Positions 22,995 through 32,000 of a stretch of 32,000 nt of DNA are shown one piece after another. Both the position numbers and the translations under genes were made by a program. Numbering within the stretch: position 1 is the stretch's first letter; every line of letters starts with the position of its first letter. The stretch is from an archaeon (GTDB lineage Archaea; Iainarchaeota; Iainarchaeia; Iainarchaeales; 1-14-0-10-31-34). The notes beneath the pieces are model-generated. The model was not told the origin of the DNA, made no database searches, and saw nothing but the letters and a program-made list of their open reading frames with translations. The stretch spans positions 390,001 through 422,000 of the forward strand of contig JAJRVL010000004.1 in assembly GCA_024277355.1 (NCBI GenBank). Reading direction: 5' to 3'.

Positions 22995-25097
22995 ATGCAA
23001 GAAGAAAAAACTGAATCTGTTTTTGAAACAGAAGAAAATCCTTTTGTTTTAAAGTTTGAGCAATTCTTTTCTCAGCAATGCAAAAAGAAAATTGAAAAGC
23101 TTGCTTCAGAATACCCTGAAAAAAAATCTCTTGAAATTAATTTCAAAGAGTTAGAAGAATTTGATTTTGAATTAGCTGATTCTTTACTTGAAAACCCTGA
23201 TTATTTAATTGAAGCAGCTGAATTAGCAGTAAAAAAAATTGATGTACCAATGCTTGAATCAGAAGACTTTAATCCTTTTATTCGTTTTTTTAATTTACCA
23301 AAAGAAAGCCAGCCTTTGTTAAGAGATATTGGATCAATGCATTTAGGAAAATTAATTTCAGTTGAAGGAGTAATAAGACAAATAACTGATGTTCTGCCAA
23401 GATTAAAATCAGCTAAATGGGAATGTAAAAGCTGCGGCAATACTTACAAATTACATCAGTCAGGAACAACCCCTAAACCTCCAAGCATTTGTGAATGCAA
23501 ACACAGAGATTTCAGATTAATTCCAAATGAAAGTGAATTTATTGACAGCCAAAAAATTGAAATCCAGGAACCATTAGAAAAATTACGGGGATCAGAACAG
23601 GCAGTTAATCTTGAAATTCATGCAACAAATGATTTAGTAAATAAAGTTTCTGCAGGAGACAGAACAAAAATTACAGGCATTTTAAGGTTAAGAGCGCCAA
23701 AAGACAAAAAACTTGTTTTTATGAGGTATTTAGAAACAGTTCATTTAGAAGAAACTGCAAGAGAATTTGAAGAAGTTGAAATAACTAAAGAAGAAGAACA
23801 TGAAATAAAATCTCTTGCTTTAAATCCAAAAGTTTATGACATGTTAATTCAAAGCATTGCCCCTGCAATTTATGGACACGAAAAATTAAAGGAATCAATT
23901 GTATTGCAGTTGTTTGGCGGAGTTAAAAAAAACCTTCCTGGAAAAGCAACAATTAGAGGAAATATTCATGTATTATTAGTTGGAGATCCAGGTGTTGCAA
24001 AATCACAAATTTTAATGGCAGTAAATCAGATTGCTCCTAAATCAATTTATGTTGCAGGAAAAACTTCTTCCGGAGTTGGATTAACAGCTTCAGCAGTAAA
24101 AGATGACTTTGGAGAAGGAGGCTGGACATTAAAAGCAGGAGCATTAGTTTTAGCTTCAGGCGGTTTAGCTAATATTGATGAATTTGACAAAATGGATAAA
24201 GACGACAGAAGTGCAATGCATGAAGCAATGGAACAACAAATGGTTTCAATTGCAAAAGCAGGAATTGTAACCAGATTTAAAACTGACACTTCAATTCTTG
24301 CAGCAGCAAACCCAAAATTTTCAAGATTTGATCCTTATGAACCTTTTATTAAACAAATTGATTTGCCTCCAACTTTAATTTCAAGATTTGATTTATTTTT
24401 CATGATAAGAGATGTATTAGACAGAGTAAGAGATGAAGAAATAACTTCAAATATTTTAAAAGCCCACAAAGTAGGAGAATTAATGCTTCAAAGCAAAAAA
24501 ACAGGAAAAAAAGAAACACAAGAAACAAAAGAACTAAAGGAAAGCATTACTCCTGTAATTGACCATGACTTATTAAGAAAATATATTTCTTATGCAAGAC
24601 AAAAAATTTCTCCTGTTTTAACTAACGAAGCAATCAAAAATTTAAGTGAATTTTATTTAGGTTTAAGAGAAATGGGAAAAAAAGAAGGAAGTTATGCAGC
24701 CACCCACAGACAATTAGAAGGATTAGTCAGATTAAGCGAAGCAAGTGCAAGAGTAAGATTAAGTGAAAAAGTAGAAAAAACTGATGCAGACAGAGCAATA
24801 AAATTACTGAAAAATTCATTGCAAGATGTAGTAACTGATCCTGAAACAGGAAGAATTGACATGGATATAATTAATATTGGAACCACTCATTCAAAATTAA
24901 CTGCAATAAGAAATGTATTAAATATTATAAGACAAAAATCAAAAGAACAGGATTTAGTTCCAATAATCGAAGTAGTAGAAGAAGCAAAAACAATTGGATT
25001 AGAAAAAGACAAAGTAAATGAAATTATTTCTGAACTAAAAAGAAAAGGAGAAATATACGAAAAAAAACACGGATTTATTTCTCCAGTAGACAAATAA
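22995..25097 (+). CDS. mcm: MCM replicative helicase
   Basis: Zn finger 'CKSCGN...CECKH', Walker A 'GDPGVAKSQ', Walker B 'IDEFDKM', Arg finger 'SRFDLFF'. No intein-sized insertion. GAGGGGT SD upstream. Confidence 0.95.
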   Translation: MQEEKTESVFETEENPFVLKFEQFFSQQCKKKIEKLASEYPEKKSLEINFKELEEFDFELADSLLENPDYLIEAAELAVKKIDVPMLESEDFNPFIRFFNLPKESQPLLRDIGSMHLGKLISVEGVIRQITDVLPRLKSAKWECKSCGNTYKLHQSGTTPKPPSICECKHRDFRLIPNESEFIDSQKIEIQEPLEKLRGSEQAVNLEIHATNDLVNKVSAGDRTKITGILRLRAPKDKKLVFMRYLETVHLEETAREFEEVEITKEEEHEIKSLALNPKVYDMLIQSIAPAIYGHEKLKESIVLQLFGGVKKNLPGKATIRGNIHVLLVGDPGVAKSQILMAVNQIAPKSIYVAGKTSSGVGLTASAVKDDFGEGGWTLKAGALVLASGGLANIDEFDKMDKDDRSAMHEAMEQQMVSIAKAGIVTRFKTDTSILAAANPKFSRFDPYEPFIKQIDLPPTLISRFDLFFMIRDVLDRVRDEEITSNILKAHKVGELMLQSKKTGKKETQETKELKESITPVIDHDLLRKYISYARQKISPVLTNEAIKNLSEFYLGLREMGKKEGSYAATHRQLEGLVRLSEASARVRLSEKVEKTDADRAIKLLKNSLQDVVTDPETGRIDMDIINIGTTHSKLTAIRNVLNIIRQKSKEQDLVPIIEVVEEAKTIGLEKDKVNEIISELKRKGEIYEKKHGFISPVDK

Positions 25098-25138
25098 ATT
25101 AAACTGATTTAAATTCTTTTTCTTTTTTATTAAATCAG

Positions 25139-25978
25139 ATGAACAAAAAATTATTCAGCCAATTAGCAGTAATTTTTCTTGTAACGCAAATTCTTGGATT
25201 ATATGTTGGAATGAATTTAATTTCATCTGAAATCAAAAGAGAAGGAATAATAAATGATAATCCAGACGACCCAATTAATTCAATTGGATTATTTGTTTAT
25301 ATTCTAGTTTTTACTGGAATACTTTTAATTATAATTAAATTCTATAAAGGAGACTTGCTTTTCATAATACTTGAATCAATTCTAGTTTTTTTAACTTCAT
25401 TAATTGTTTTTGGTTTTTTAATTCCAGAAGAATTTGCATTAATTGCATTAATTCTTCCAGTATTATTAGTTGCTTCAAGATTAATTTTCAGAAAAAATTT
25501 ATGGTTAAGAAATACTGCTTCAGTTTTAGCAGCAGCAGGAGCAGGACCATTAATTGGATATAATTTTGGAATAATCCCAGTAATGCTTTTTTTAGTTATT
25601 TTAGCAGGCTATGATATTATTGCAGTTTTTTACACTAAACACATGGTAACTTTAGCTAAAGGAATAACAAAAAAAAATTTAGCTTTTACTTTTGCTTTGC
25701 CTACAAAAAAACACCAATATGAATTAGGTTCAGGAGACATGGTTATTCCATTAGTTTTTGCAGTAAGCATTTTAACTGAAACAACAAAACAATTTATTTT
25801 TCCTTTCAACTTAATTGCGCCGGCAGTAATTTTATGGGGTTCATTAGTTGGATTAGGACTAACAATTCATTACAGTTCAAATAACATAGGCAAAGCATTG
25901 CCTGCACTGCCTTTACAGACAGTAATAATGTTTTTAATGTTAGGATTATGTGTTGCTTTAGGAATTTTTATTTTTTAA
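25139..25978 (+). CDS. Presenilin/signal-peptide-peptidase homologue (A22 intramembrane aspartyl protease)
   Basis: A polytopic membrane protein with the 'GYD' (LAGYDIIAVF), 'GSGD' (LGSGDMVIP) and 'PAL' (ALPALPLQ) motifs in the canonical order. Confidence 0.8.
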   Translation: MNKKLFSQLAVIFLVTQILGLYVGMNLISSEIKREGIINDNPDDPINSIGLFVYILVFTGILLIIIKFYKGDLLFIILESILVFLTSLIVFGFLIPEEFALIALILPVLLVASRLIFRKNLWLRNTASVLAAAGAGPLIGYNFGIIPVMLFLVILAGYDIIAVFYTKHMVTLAKGITKKNLAFTFALPTKKHQYELGSGDMVIPLVFAVSILTETTKQFIFPFNLIAPAVILWGSLVGLGLTIHYSSNNIGKALPALPLQTVIMFLMLGLCVALGIFIF

Positions 25979-26466
25979 ATTAAACCTGAAAAAAATTCTA
26001 CTACAGTCATTCCTGCAAAAGCTAAAATTGAATAACGAATAAATCTTCCAATAAAAACTGCAGGATAAAATTTCTTTAAGTCATATTCAACCATTCCTGC
26101 AATAATTGAAATTAAATCAAAACCAAAAGGCAAAAAAGACATAAAAGCAATAAAAAAGAAACCTGAATTAGAAACTTTTTTTGTTATTTCTTCTATTTTA
26201 TCTAACTGGTTATGAAATTTTTTTTCAACTACACTTCTTCCGCCTTTACCAATAAAATAACCAGTTGATTCACCTATTGCAGCTCCAACAGCAGCAAACA
26301 AAGCTAATAAAAAAGGATTAAATATTCCGGTTGAAGAAACCAATAAAATTACTGCATCAATTGGAACAACAAGAAACAAAGTTGCATTAGCAATCAATGA
26401 AGCCAAAAAAACCCCAATTAATCCATAAGAATTAATAAGTGAATGAAGTAAAGCCATTATATCCAT
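25975..26466 (-). CDS. DedA/YqaA-type (VTT domain) membrane protein
   Basis: 163 aa with 4-5 TM segments. 'GVFLASLIANATLFLVVPIDAVIL', 'GESTGYFIGKGG', 'FMSFLPFGFDLISIIAGM'. Confidence 0.7.
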   Translation of the reverse strand: MDIMALLHSLINSYGLIGVFLASLIANATLFLVVPIDAVILLVSSTGIFNPFLLALFAAVGAAIGESTGYFIGKGGRSVVEKKFHNQLDKIEEITKKVSNSGFFFIAFMSFLPFGFDLISIIAGMVEYDLKKFYPAVFIGRFIRYSILAFAGMTVVEFFSGLI

Positions 26467-26539
26467 AAAAAAACCTTTTAATGTATTTTATTTACAAAGT
26501 ATTAATATACTTTTTTTATTTAAATAAGTAAGTGATTAA

Positions 26540-26944
26540 ATGCAATATGAAAAAATGCTTGATAGACTTTATATGAGTTTGCCTGAACAAACTAAAACAA
26601 AAGAAAGATTTGAAATGCCTAAAATACACAGCCTTATTCAGGGCCCAAAAACTTTCATTAAAAATGCTTCAGCAATACTAAAAGCATTAAACAGAGAAGA
26701 AAACCATTTAGTTAAATTTATTACAAAAGAATTAGGAACTCCTACTTCTGCTTCTGAAGGAAGAATTGTAATTACAGGAAAGTTTTCTGAACAACAAATG
26801 CAAAACACCATAGATAAATATGTTAAAACTTTTGTTTTATGCAAAGAATGCGGAAAACCAGACACTAAATTTACAGAAATGAAAGGAATTAAAATGCTTA
26901 AATGCGAGGCATGCGGAGCATTAACTCCAACAAAGCACTTATAG
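26540..26944 (+). CDS. eif2b: Translation initiation factor 2 subunit beta (aIF2-beta)
   Basis: 'YEKMLDRLY', 'RFEMPK', and a C-terminal zinc ribbon 'CKECGKPDT...CEACGA'. Confidence 0.9.
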   Translation: MQYEKMLDRLYMSLPEQTKTKERFEMPKIHSLIQGPKTFIKNASAILKALNREENHLVKFITKELGTPTSASEGRIVITGKFSEQQMQNTIDKYVKTFVLCKECGKPDTKFTEMKGIKMLKCEACGALTPTKHL

Positions 26945-26976
26945 AGGGATAAACTATTTTTTATAAAATTCATTTA

Positions 26977-27252
26977 ATGCAGTACCAAAAAATTCTTGCA
27001 GTCTGCGATAAAGAATTATCTGGAAAAATTCTTGACAAAGAAATAAATTTTGAAGTTAAACCTGAATTTTACGGTACAACAGAAATAAACGAAGAAAAAT
27101 TAAGTGAATTATTTCAGGAAGTTAATTCAGCTAATTTAATTGGAAACAAAAGTGTTTCAGTTGCATTAAAAAAAAAAATAATTGAAGAAAAAAATATAAT
27201 TAAAATAAATAATATACCTCATGCTCAGGTTTATTTTATTAAAGGAGAATAA
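26977..27252 (+). CDS. DUF424-family archaeal protein
   Basis: 'ILAVCDKELSGKIL', 'FYGT', 'NLIGNKSV', 'INNIPHAQVY'. It lies between aIF2-beta and aIF1A. Confidence 0.55.
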   Translation: MQYQKILAVCDKELSGKILDKEINFEVKPEFYGTTEINEEKLSELFQEVNSANLIGNKSVSVALKKKIIEEKNIIKINNIPHAQVYFIKGE

Positions 27253-27255
27253 AAC

Positions 27256-27585
27256 ATGAAACCACAAAACACAAGAATGACAGAAGAAGAAGCAATAAGC
27301 AGAATTAGAATGCCGAGAAGAAAAGAATTAGAAATGTTTGCTGTTGCAACACAATTATTAGGTTCAGATAAAATAAAAGCAATGTGCGAAGACGGCACAG
27401 AAAGAATTTGCAGGATTCCTGGAAAATTAAGAAAAAGAGTATGGATAAGAGAAGGAGATTTAATTATAGTTAAATTATGGGATTTCCAGCCAATTAAAGC
27501 AGACATTATCTGGAGATATATTAAATTCCAAACCAATCACCTGAAAAAAAAAGGTTTACTGGATAAGCTTCCATTAGAATACTGA
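27256..27585 (+). CDS. eif1a: Translation initiation factor 1A (aIF1A)
   Basis: S1-like OB fold: 'VATQLLGSDKIKAMCEDGTERICRIPGKLRKRVWIREGDLIIVKLWDFQ'. Confidence 0.9.
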   Translation: MKPQNTRMTEEEAISRIRMPRRKELEMFAVATQLLGSDKIKAMCEDGTERICRIPGKLRKRVWIREGDLIIVKLWDFQPIKADIIWRYIKFQTNHLKKKGLLDKLPLEY

Positions 27586-27590
27586 TTTAA

Positions 27591-28376
27591 ATGAAGTCAA
27601 TTGAATTAGAAGAAACAGAAAACGAAAAAACCAAAAGGTTTCCTAAAAAAAAAATTTTAAAAACCTTTGACAAAGTATTTGATGCAGAAACATTAAATAC
27701 AATTCATAAAATTGCAATGGCAGGATTAATTGACGAATTAGAATTTGTTATTTCAACAGGAAAAGAAGCATATGTTTTCAGAGCAAAAGATAAAGCAGGA
27801 AATTTTCGTGCAGTAAAAATATACAAAACAATTACATCTGATTTCCATAACATGAACCAATACTTAGAAGGAGACAAAAGATTCAAAAACATTCCAAAAG
27901 AAAAAAAAGAAATAGTAAAAGAATGGACAAAAAAAGAATTCAAAAATTTAGAAAAACTTTCAAAAGCAAACTGTTGTGTTCCTTTTCCAATTGGCTTTAA
28001 AAATAATGTTTTAATAATGGAATTTATTGGAGAAACAGGAAACGCATCAAAAACACTAAAAGAAATTAGAGTAAAAGATTTAGATAATGCATACAGCCAA
28101 ATAACTGAATTTATTGCAAAAAGCTTTTATGTTTCAGGATTAATTCATGCAGACTTAAGTGAATACAATATTCTTGTAAAAGAAGAAAAAAGAAAAGAAA
28201 AATTAATTGTAATTGATGTAGGACAGGCAGTATTAAAGTCTCATCCAAAAGCAGAAGAATTCTTAAAAAGAGACTTAAATAACATTTCTCATTATTTTAC
28301 AAAAAAAGGATTAAAAAAAACAGAAGAAGAAATAAGAAAAGACATCAGGAAATTAAAAGAAAAACTTGTAAATTAA
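27591..28376 (+). CDS. rio1: RIO-type serine/threonine kinase (Rio1-like)
   Basis: 'ISTGKEAYVFRA', 'AVKIYKT', catalytic 'HADLSEYNILV', metal loop 'VIDVGQAV'. Confidence 0.88.
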   Translation: MKSIELEETENEKTKRFPKKKILKTFDKVFDAETLNTIHKIAMAGLIDELEFVISTGKEAYVFRAKDKAGNFRAVKIYKTITSDFHNMNQYLEGDKRFKNIPKEKKEIVKEWTKKEFKNLEKLSKANCCVPFPIGFKNNVLIMEFIGETGNASKTLKEIRVKDLDNAYSQITEFIAKSFYVSGLIHADLSEYNILVKEEKRKEKLIVIDVGQAVLKSHPKAEEFLKRDLNNISHYFTKKGLKKTEEEIRKDIRKLKEKLVN

Positions 28377-28466
28377 AATATAAAGCTTTTCTAACAATAT
28401 AATATTATCAGCGCCAATAAAGTTCTATTTTTAATTGGCTTATATTTTATTATAGCAGTTGAAAAC

Positions 28467-28985
28467 ATGCAGGAATTTTTAAAAGCACCAAAAGACCGGA
28501 TAGCCGTAATAATAGGCAAAAACGGAGAAACAAGAAAAGAAATAGAAAAATTAACTGAAACAAAAATTGAAATTGATTCAAAAACAGGAGAAATAGATAT
28601 TCAAGGAGAAGATGCATTAAATTTTTATATTTCACTGAACATAATTAAAGCAATTGCAAGGGGATTTTCTCCTGAGCATGCTTTTTTACTTAAAAACGAC
28701 AATTACTTTTTTGAAATAATTGACTTAAAAGAAGAACTGGGAAAAAACGAAAAATTAATCCAGCAAAAAAAAGGAAGAGTAATAGGAAAAAAAGGAAAAA
28801 CAAGACAAGAAATAGAAGAAAAAACAAATTCTTTTATTTCAGTTTACGGCAAAACAATAAGCATTATAGGAGAAGCAGAAGCAATAGAAAAAGCAAAAAC
28901 TGCAGTGAAAATGCTGTTAAAAGGAGCATCACATTCAAGTGCAGAATCATTTTTATACCAAAAAGAAAAAGAAATAGAAATTTAA
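28467..28985 (+). CDS. KH-domain RNA-binding protein (archaeal Dim2/Pno1-like)
   Basis: Two KH GXXG loops ('IGKNGETRKEIE', 'IGKKGKTRQEIE'). The aIF1A-Rio-KH gene order is conserved. Confidence 0.8.
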   Translation: MQEFLKAPKDRIAVIIGKNGETRKEIEKLTETKIEIDSKTGEIDIQGEDALNFYISLNIIKAIARGFSPEHAFLLKNDNYFFEIIDLKEELGKNEKLIQQKKGRVIGKKGKTRQEIEEKTNSFISVYGKTISIIGEAEAIEKAKTAVKMLLKGASHSSAESFLYQKEKEIEI

Positions 28986-28994
28986 GTGAAAAAA

Positions 28995-29492
28995 ATGACT
29001 GAAATACAAAAAGTTCAAAAAGAAGTTTCAGCTGAAGCATTAGCAAAAGACTTTAAAGAGCACTCAGTAGCAGAATTCTTTAAAAAAAACAAGCAAATGT
29101 TAGGTTTAAGCGGAAAAATAAGAACTTTAACAACAATAATCCACGAATATGTTACAAACAGTTTAGATGCCTGTGAATCAGCAAACATTCTTCCTGAAAT
29201 AGAAATTAAAATACAGGAATTAGGAACTGAATATTATGAAATTACAATAAAAGATAATGGACCTGGATTAACAAAAGATACAGTAGGAAAAGCTTTAGGA
29301 CAATTACTAGCAGGAACAAAATTCCATAGAATGATTCAAAGCAGAGGACAGCAGGGAATTGGAGCAGCAGGAGCAACAATGTATTCCCAGACAACAACAG
29401 GAAAACCAGTTAAAGTAATTTCAGGAACAGGAAAAGGAAAAGCATTTTCATTAGAATTAACTATTGACCCAAAAAAAATCAGCCAAAAATAG
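28995..29492 (+). CDS. top6B: DNA topoisomerase VI subunit B, N-terminal GHKL ATPase part (frame 0, ends at a TAG created by a frameshift)
   Basis: 'SVAEFFKKN', Bergerat motifs 'EYVTNSLDA', 'DNGPGL', 'GQQGIGAAG'. AAGTGA lies 5 nt upstream of ATG 28995; the ORF track uses GTG 28986. Confidence 0.9.
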   Translation: MTEIQKVQKEVSAEALAKDFKEHSVAEFFKKNKQMLGLSGKIRTLTTIIHEYVTNSLDACESANILPEIEIKIQELGTEYYEITIKDNGPGLTKDTVGKALGQLLAGTKFHRMIQSRGQQGIGAAGATMYSQTTTGKPVKVISGTGKGKAFSLELTIDPKKISQK

Positions 29493-30703
29493 AAAACTTT
29501 AAAGAAATAGAAAAACCATTTAAAGGATTAGCAATACAGGCAAAAGTAAAAGACGTTTTATTCAGGATTTCAGAACAAGGTGCATTAGAATACATCAGAA
29601 GAACAGCAATAGCTAATCCTCATGTACAAATAAGTTTTATTGACCCAACCGGACAAAAAACATTATTTGAAAGAAGCTCAAAAAAAATTCCAGCTAAAGC
29701 AAAAGAAATAAAACCTCATCCAAAAGGAGTAACAGTAGACGAATTAGTTACTTTAGCAAAATATTCTGATGCAAGAAAAGTAGGGTCATTCCTAAAAAAT
29801 TCTTTTGACAGAATGGGAGACAAAGCAATACAAGAAATAACAAAAATGGTTTCATTTGACATGAATATGGATCCAAAAAGACTTGAATGGAATGACTCAG
29901 AAGAAATCATCAAGGCATTTAAGCATATTAATTTTATTGCACCAACAACAGACGGATTAAGTCCAATTGGAGACGACCAAATTGAAACTTCACTTAAATC
30001 AATTGTTCAGCCAGAATTCTTAAAAGTAATTACAAGAAAACCACAAGTTTACAGCGGAGGATTTCCATTCCAAGTAGAAGTAGCAGTAGCTTTTGGAGGA
30101 AACGCAGGAAGAAGCAACTCAAATGGAAACGGAGAAAATCAAAAAAGAATGGAAGTAATGCGTTTTGCAAACAAAGCTCCTTTATTATTTGACGGGGGAG
30201 GATGTGCAATAACTAAAGCAGTGCAAACAATTGAATGGAAAAGATACGGCATACAAAATATTGATGAAGCACCATTAACTGTTTTTGTAAATATTATTTC
30301 AGTTCATATTCCTTATACTTCAGCAGGAAAACAAGCTATTTCAGATGAAGCAGAAGTATTAGAAGAAATAAGATTAGCTTTAATGGATTCAGGAAGAAAA
30401 ATTTCAAGATTTATTATAGGAAAAAAAAGAGAAAAAGAAAAACAAGCAAAAAGAAAAATGTATATGAAATATGCGATTGAAGTAGCTTATGCAATAGGCG
30501 AATTAACTAAAAAAAACAAAGAAGAAATAGAAAAAAAATTATTAAACATTGTATTAAAAAGACTTAAATTAGAAGAACAAGAAGACAAAAAAGAATTAAG
30601 CGATGAACAAATAGAAAAAGAAATGAAAAAAGAAACAAAAAAACAAGACAAAAAAGAAGAAAAAATTAAAGGAAAAATTAAAGGATTAAAAAAAGTTAAA
30701 TGA
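29477..30703 (+). CDS. top6B: DNA topoisomerase VI subunit B, transducer/C-terminal part (-1 frame relative to the N-terminal part), with a long K/E tail
   Basis: The -1 frame is open from the A8 run through 30703. It encodes '[20 protein letters not shown]', 'IKPHPKGV', '[22 protein letters not shown]', '[12 protein letters not shown]', '[12 protein letters not shown]'. The ORF track begins only at ATG 29813. Confidence 0.88.
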   Translation, partial: NQPKIENFKEIEKPFKGLAIQAKVKDVLFRISEQGALEYIRRTAIANPHVQISFIDPTGQKTLFERSSKKIPAKAKEIKPHPKGVTVDELVTLAKYSDARKVGSFLKNSFDRMGDKAIQEITKMVSFDMNMDPKRLEWNDSEEIIKAFKHINFIAPTTDGLSPIGDDQIETSLKSIVQPEFLKVITRKPQVYSGGFPFQVEVAVAFGGNAGRSNSNGNGENQKRMEVMRFANKAPLLFDGGGCAITKAVQTIEWKRYGIQNIDEAPLTVFVNIISVHIPYTSAGKQAISDEAEVLEEIRLALMDSGRKISRFIIGKKREKEKQAKRKMYMKYAIEVAYAIGELTKKNKEEIEKKLLNIVLKRLKLEEQEDKKELSDEQIEKEMKKETKKQDKKEEKIKGKIKGLKKVK

Positions 30704-30908
30704 AGGAAAAATAAATGTCTAGAGCTGTTTTAAATGACCCCGGAAAATGCAACACAATTATTAATTATCGGAGCTTGGATTCTGGACAAAGTTATAATGT
30801 TTTACATAGTAAAAAAAGCAGCGCATTAAATTAAATAAAAAAATAAAAGAGGAAACAAAAATAAATTAAAATAAAAAAATTAAATGAATTAAAAAAAATG
30901 GTGTGTTT

Positions 30909-32000
30909 ATGTCAAAAAAAGATAAAGAAGTAATTCAAAAATTAAAAGACGCAGGAATAGATATTTATAATCAAATAAATAAAGGACAAGACCCAAGCTA
31001 TCAGTTACCTGTAAGAAGTTTAAATAACGTATTTTTTGACCATAAAACAAAAACCATTAAATTAGGCGACAAAAAAAGTACAAGACAATTTTTAAATGTC
31101 GCCCACACAAGAAAATTCATGCAGACAATGTTAGTTGCATCAGAAATAAAAAAAGTAATTGAAGAAGAAGCAACAGTGTCAATCAGAGATTTATATTATG
31201 CATTAAAACATACAATTGAAGGAACAGAAGAAAACACTTTTGAAGACCAATCAGAATCAGATCCAATAATAGAAGATTTAGAGTCATCTTTAAGTTTATT
31301 AAGAGAAGAATTACATTTAGCTGCTTCAAGCAAAGGAGTAATCACAGGAAACATGAAAATCAAAGACGGAAAAGACACAATTGACTTAAGCAAAATGGGT
31401 TCAGGAGGATGGGGGGTTCCATCAAACGTTGAACCAGAAAAAATTGAAATAAAAGATTTAGATGCAGAATACGTATTATTTATAGAAAAAGACGCAGTAT
31501 GGAAAAGATTTAATGAAGACAAATACTGGAAAAAACATAAATGTGTTATTATAACTGGAAGAGGCCAGCCTTCAAGAGCAGAAAGAAGATTTGTTCAAAG
31601 ATTAAACAAAGAACATAATCTTCCAATTTATGCTTTAATGGATGCAGATCCATGGGGAATGTATATTTATTCAGTAATAAAACAAGGTTCAATTTCTTTA
31701 AGTTATTCAGAAGAAAAATTAGCTACACCAAAAACAAAATATATTGGATTAACAGTAAGCGATGTAGAAACATTCAAAATCCCAAAAGAAGTAACAATTA
31801 AACTAAATAAACTTGACGTAAAAAGATTAAATGAAATGAAAAAATACGAATGGTTTAAGAAAAAAGAATGGCAGGACGAATTTGATTTAATGAAAAGCAA
31901 AGAAATCAAATTAGAATTAGAAGCATTAAGCAAAAAAGGAATCAGATTTATTACAGAAAAATATTTGCCTGAAAAAATTAAAACAAAAGACTTTTTGCCT
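30909..32000 (+). CDS. top6A: DNA topoisomerase VI subunit A (Spo11 homologue), 3' end outside the window
   Basis: Absent from the ORF track because there is no stop inside the window. I translated 364 codons by hand without a stop. Catalytic Tyr context 'IRDLYYALKH'; Toprim 'FIEKDAVW' and 'LMDADPWG'. Confidence 0.92.
   Translation, partial: MSKKDKEVIQKLKDAGIDIYNQINKGQDPSYQLPVRSLNNVFFDHKTKTIKLGDKKSTRQFLNVAHTRKFMQTMLVASEIKKVIEEEATVSIRDLYYALKHTIEGTEENTFEDQSESDPIIEDLESSLSLLREELHLAASSKGVITGNMKIKDGKDTIDLSKMGSGGWGVPSNVEPEKIEIKDLDAEYVLFIEKDAVWKRFNEDKYWKKHKCVIITGRGQPSRAERRFVQRLNKEHNLPIYALMDADPWGMYIYSVIKQGSISLSYSEEKLATPKTKYIGLTVSDVETFKIPKEVTIKLNKLDVKRLNEMKKYEWFKKKEWQDEFDLMKSKEIKLELEALSKKGIRFITEKYLPEKIKTKDFLP

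Noticed and set aside
22995-25097. Intein or other insertion in MCM, and likewise in NrdD
   Set aside because: At 700 aa, MCM has contiguous Walker A, Walker B and Arg-finger spacing and no Hint-like block. The only extra NrdD sequence is a ~30-aa low-complexity stretch around the second TAA, which is far too short for an intein.
1-32000. CRISPR arrays, transposons, prophage or defence islands
   Set aside because: No regularly spaced direct repeats are present. There are no cas, integrase, transposase or toxin-antitoxin-like ORFs. Every sizeable ORF is accounted for by housekeeping functions or small membrane proteins.

Overview
This is a strongly AT-rich archaeal chromosome segment, and almost all of it is core information-processing genes. 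It is tightly packed, with 4-nt ATGA overlaps and clear GGAGG/GGTGA-type Shine-Dalgarno motifs. The style looks like a small-genome, DPANN-like archaeon, but that is inference only.

Layout:
- **1-2711:** the 3' part of a large modular surface protein, followed by two small Cys-containing membrane ORFs.
- **2741-10048 (minus):** the classical archaeal exosome/proteasome superoperon. Gene order is L15e, RNase P Rpp30 and Pop5, a SAM-methyltransferase, PsmA, SBDS, Rrp4, Rrp41, Rrp42, L37ae, RpoP (absent from the ORF track), Pcc1, prefoldin beta.
- **10179-11301:** a PP-loop tRNA thiolase and tRNA-Val(GAC), followed by an unexplained GC-rich structured segment.
- **11415-16112 (minus):** NYN RNase, a DUF4388-like protein, a Roadblock-like protein, MinD, Sm, tRNA-Ala(GGC), and a long coiled-coil protein.
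- **16219-22570:** aIF5A, TrmB, small membrane ORFs, MetRS, NrdG, NrdD.
- **22995-32000:** MCM, presenilin-like protease, DedA, aIF2-beta, DUF424, aIF1A, Rio1, KH/Dim2-like protein, Topo VI B and Topo VI A (which runs off the window).

I saw no CRISPR array, transposase, integrase or recognisable defence system.

The most unusual signal is not a gene cluster. Five in-frame stops, all TAA, lie inside otherwise intact reading frames: two in nrdD, one in the coiled-coil gene, and two in a membrane ORF. In addition, top6B has a -1 frameshift at an A8 run. These could be recoding or readthrough, recent gene decay, or consensus errors. I cannot tell these apart from the sequence alone.
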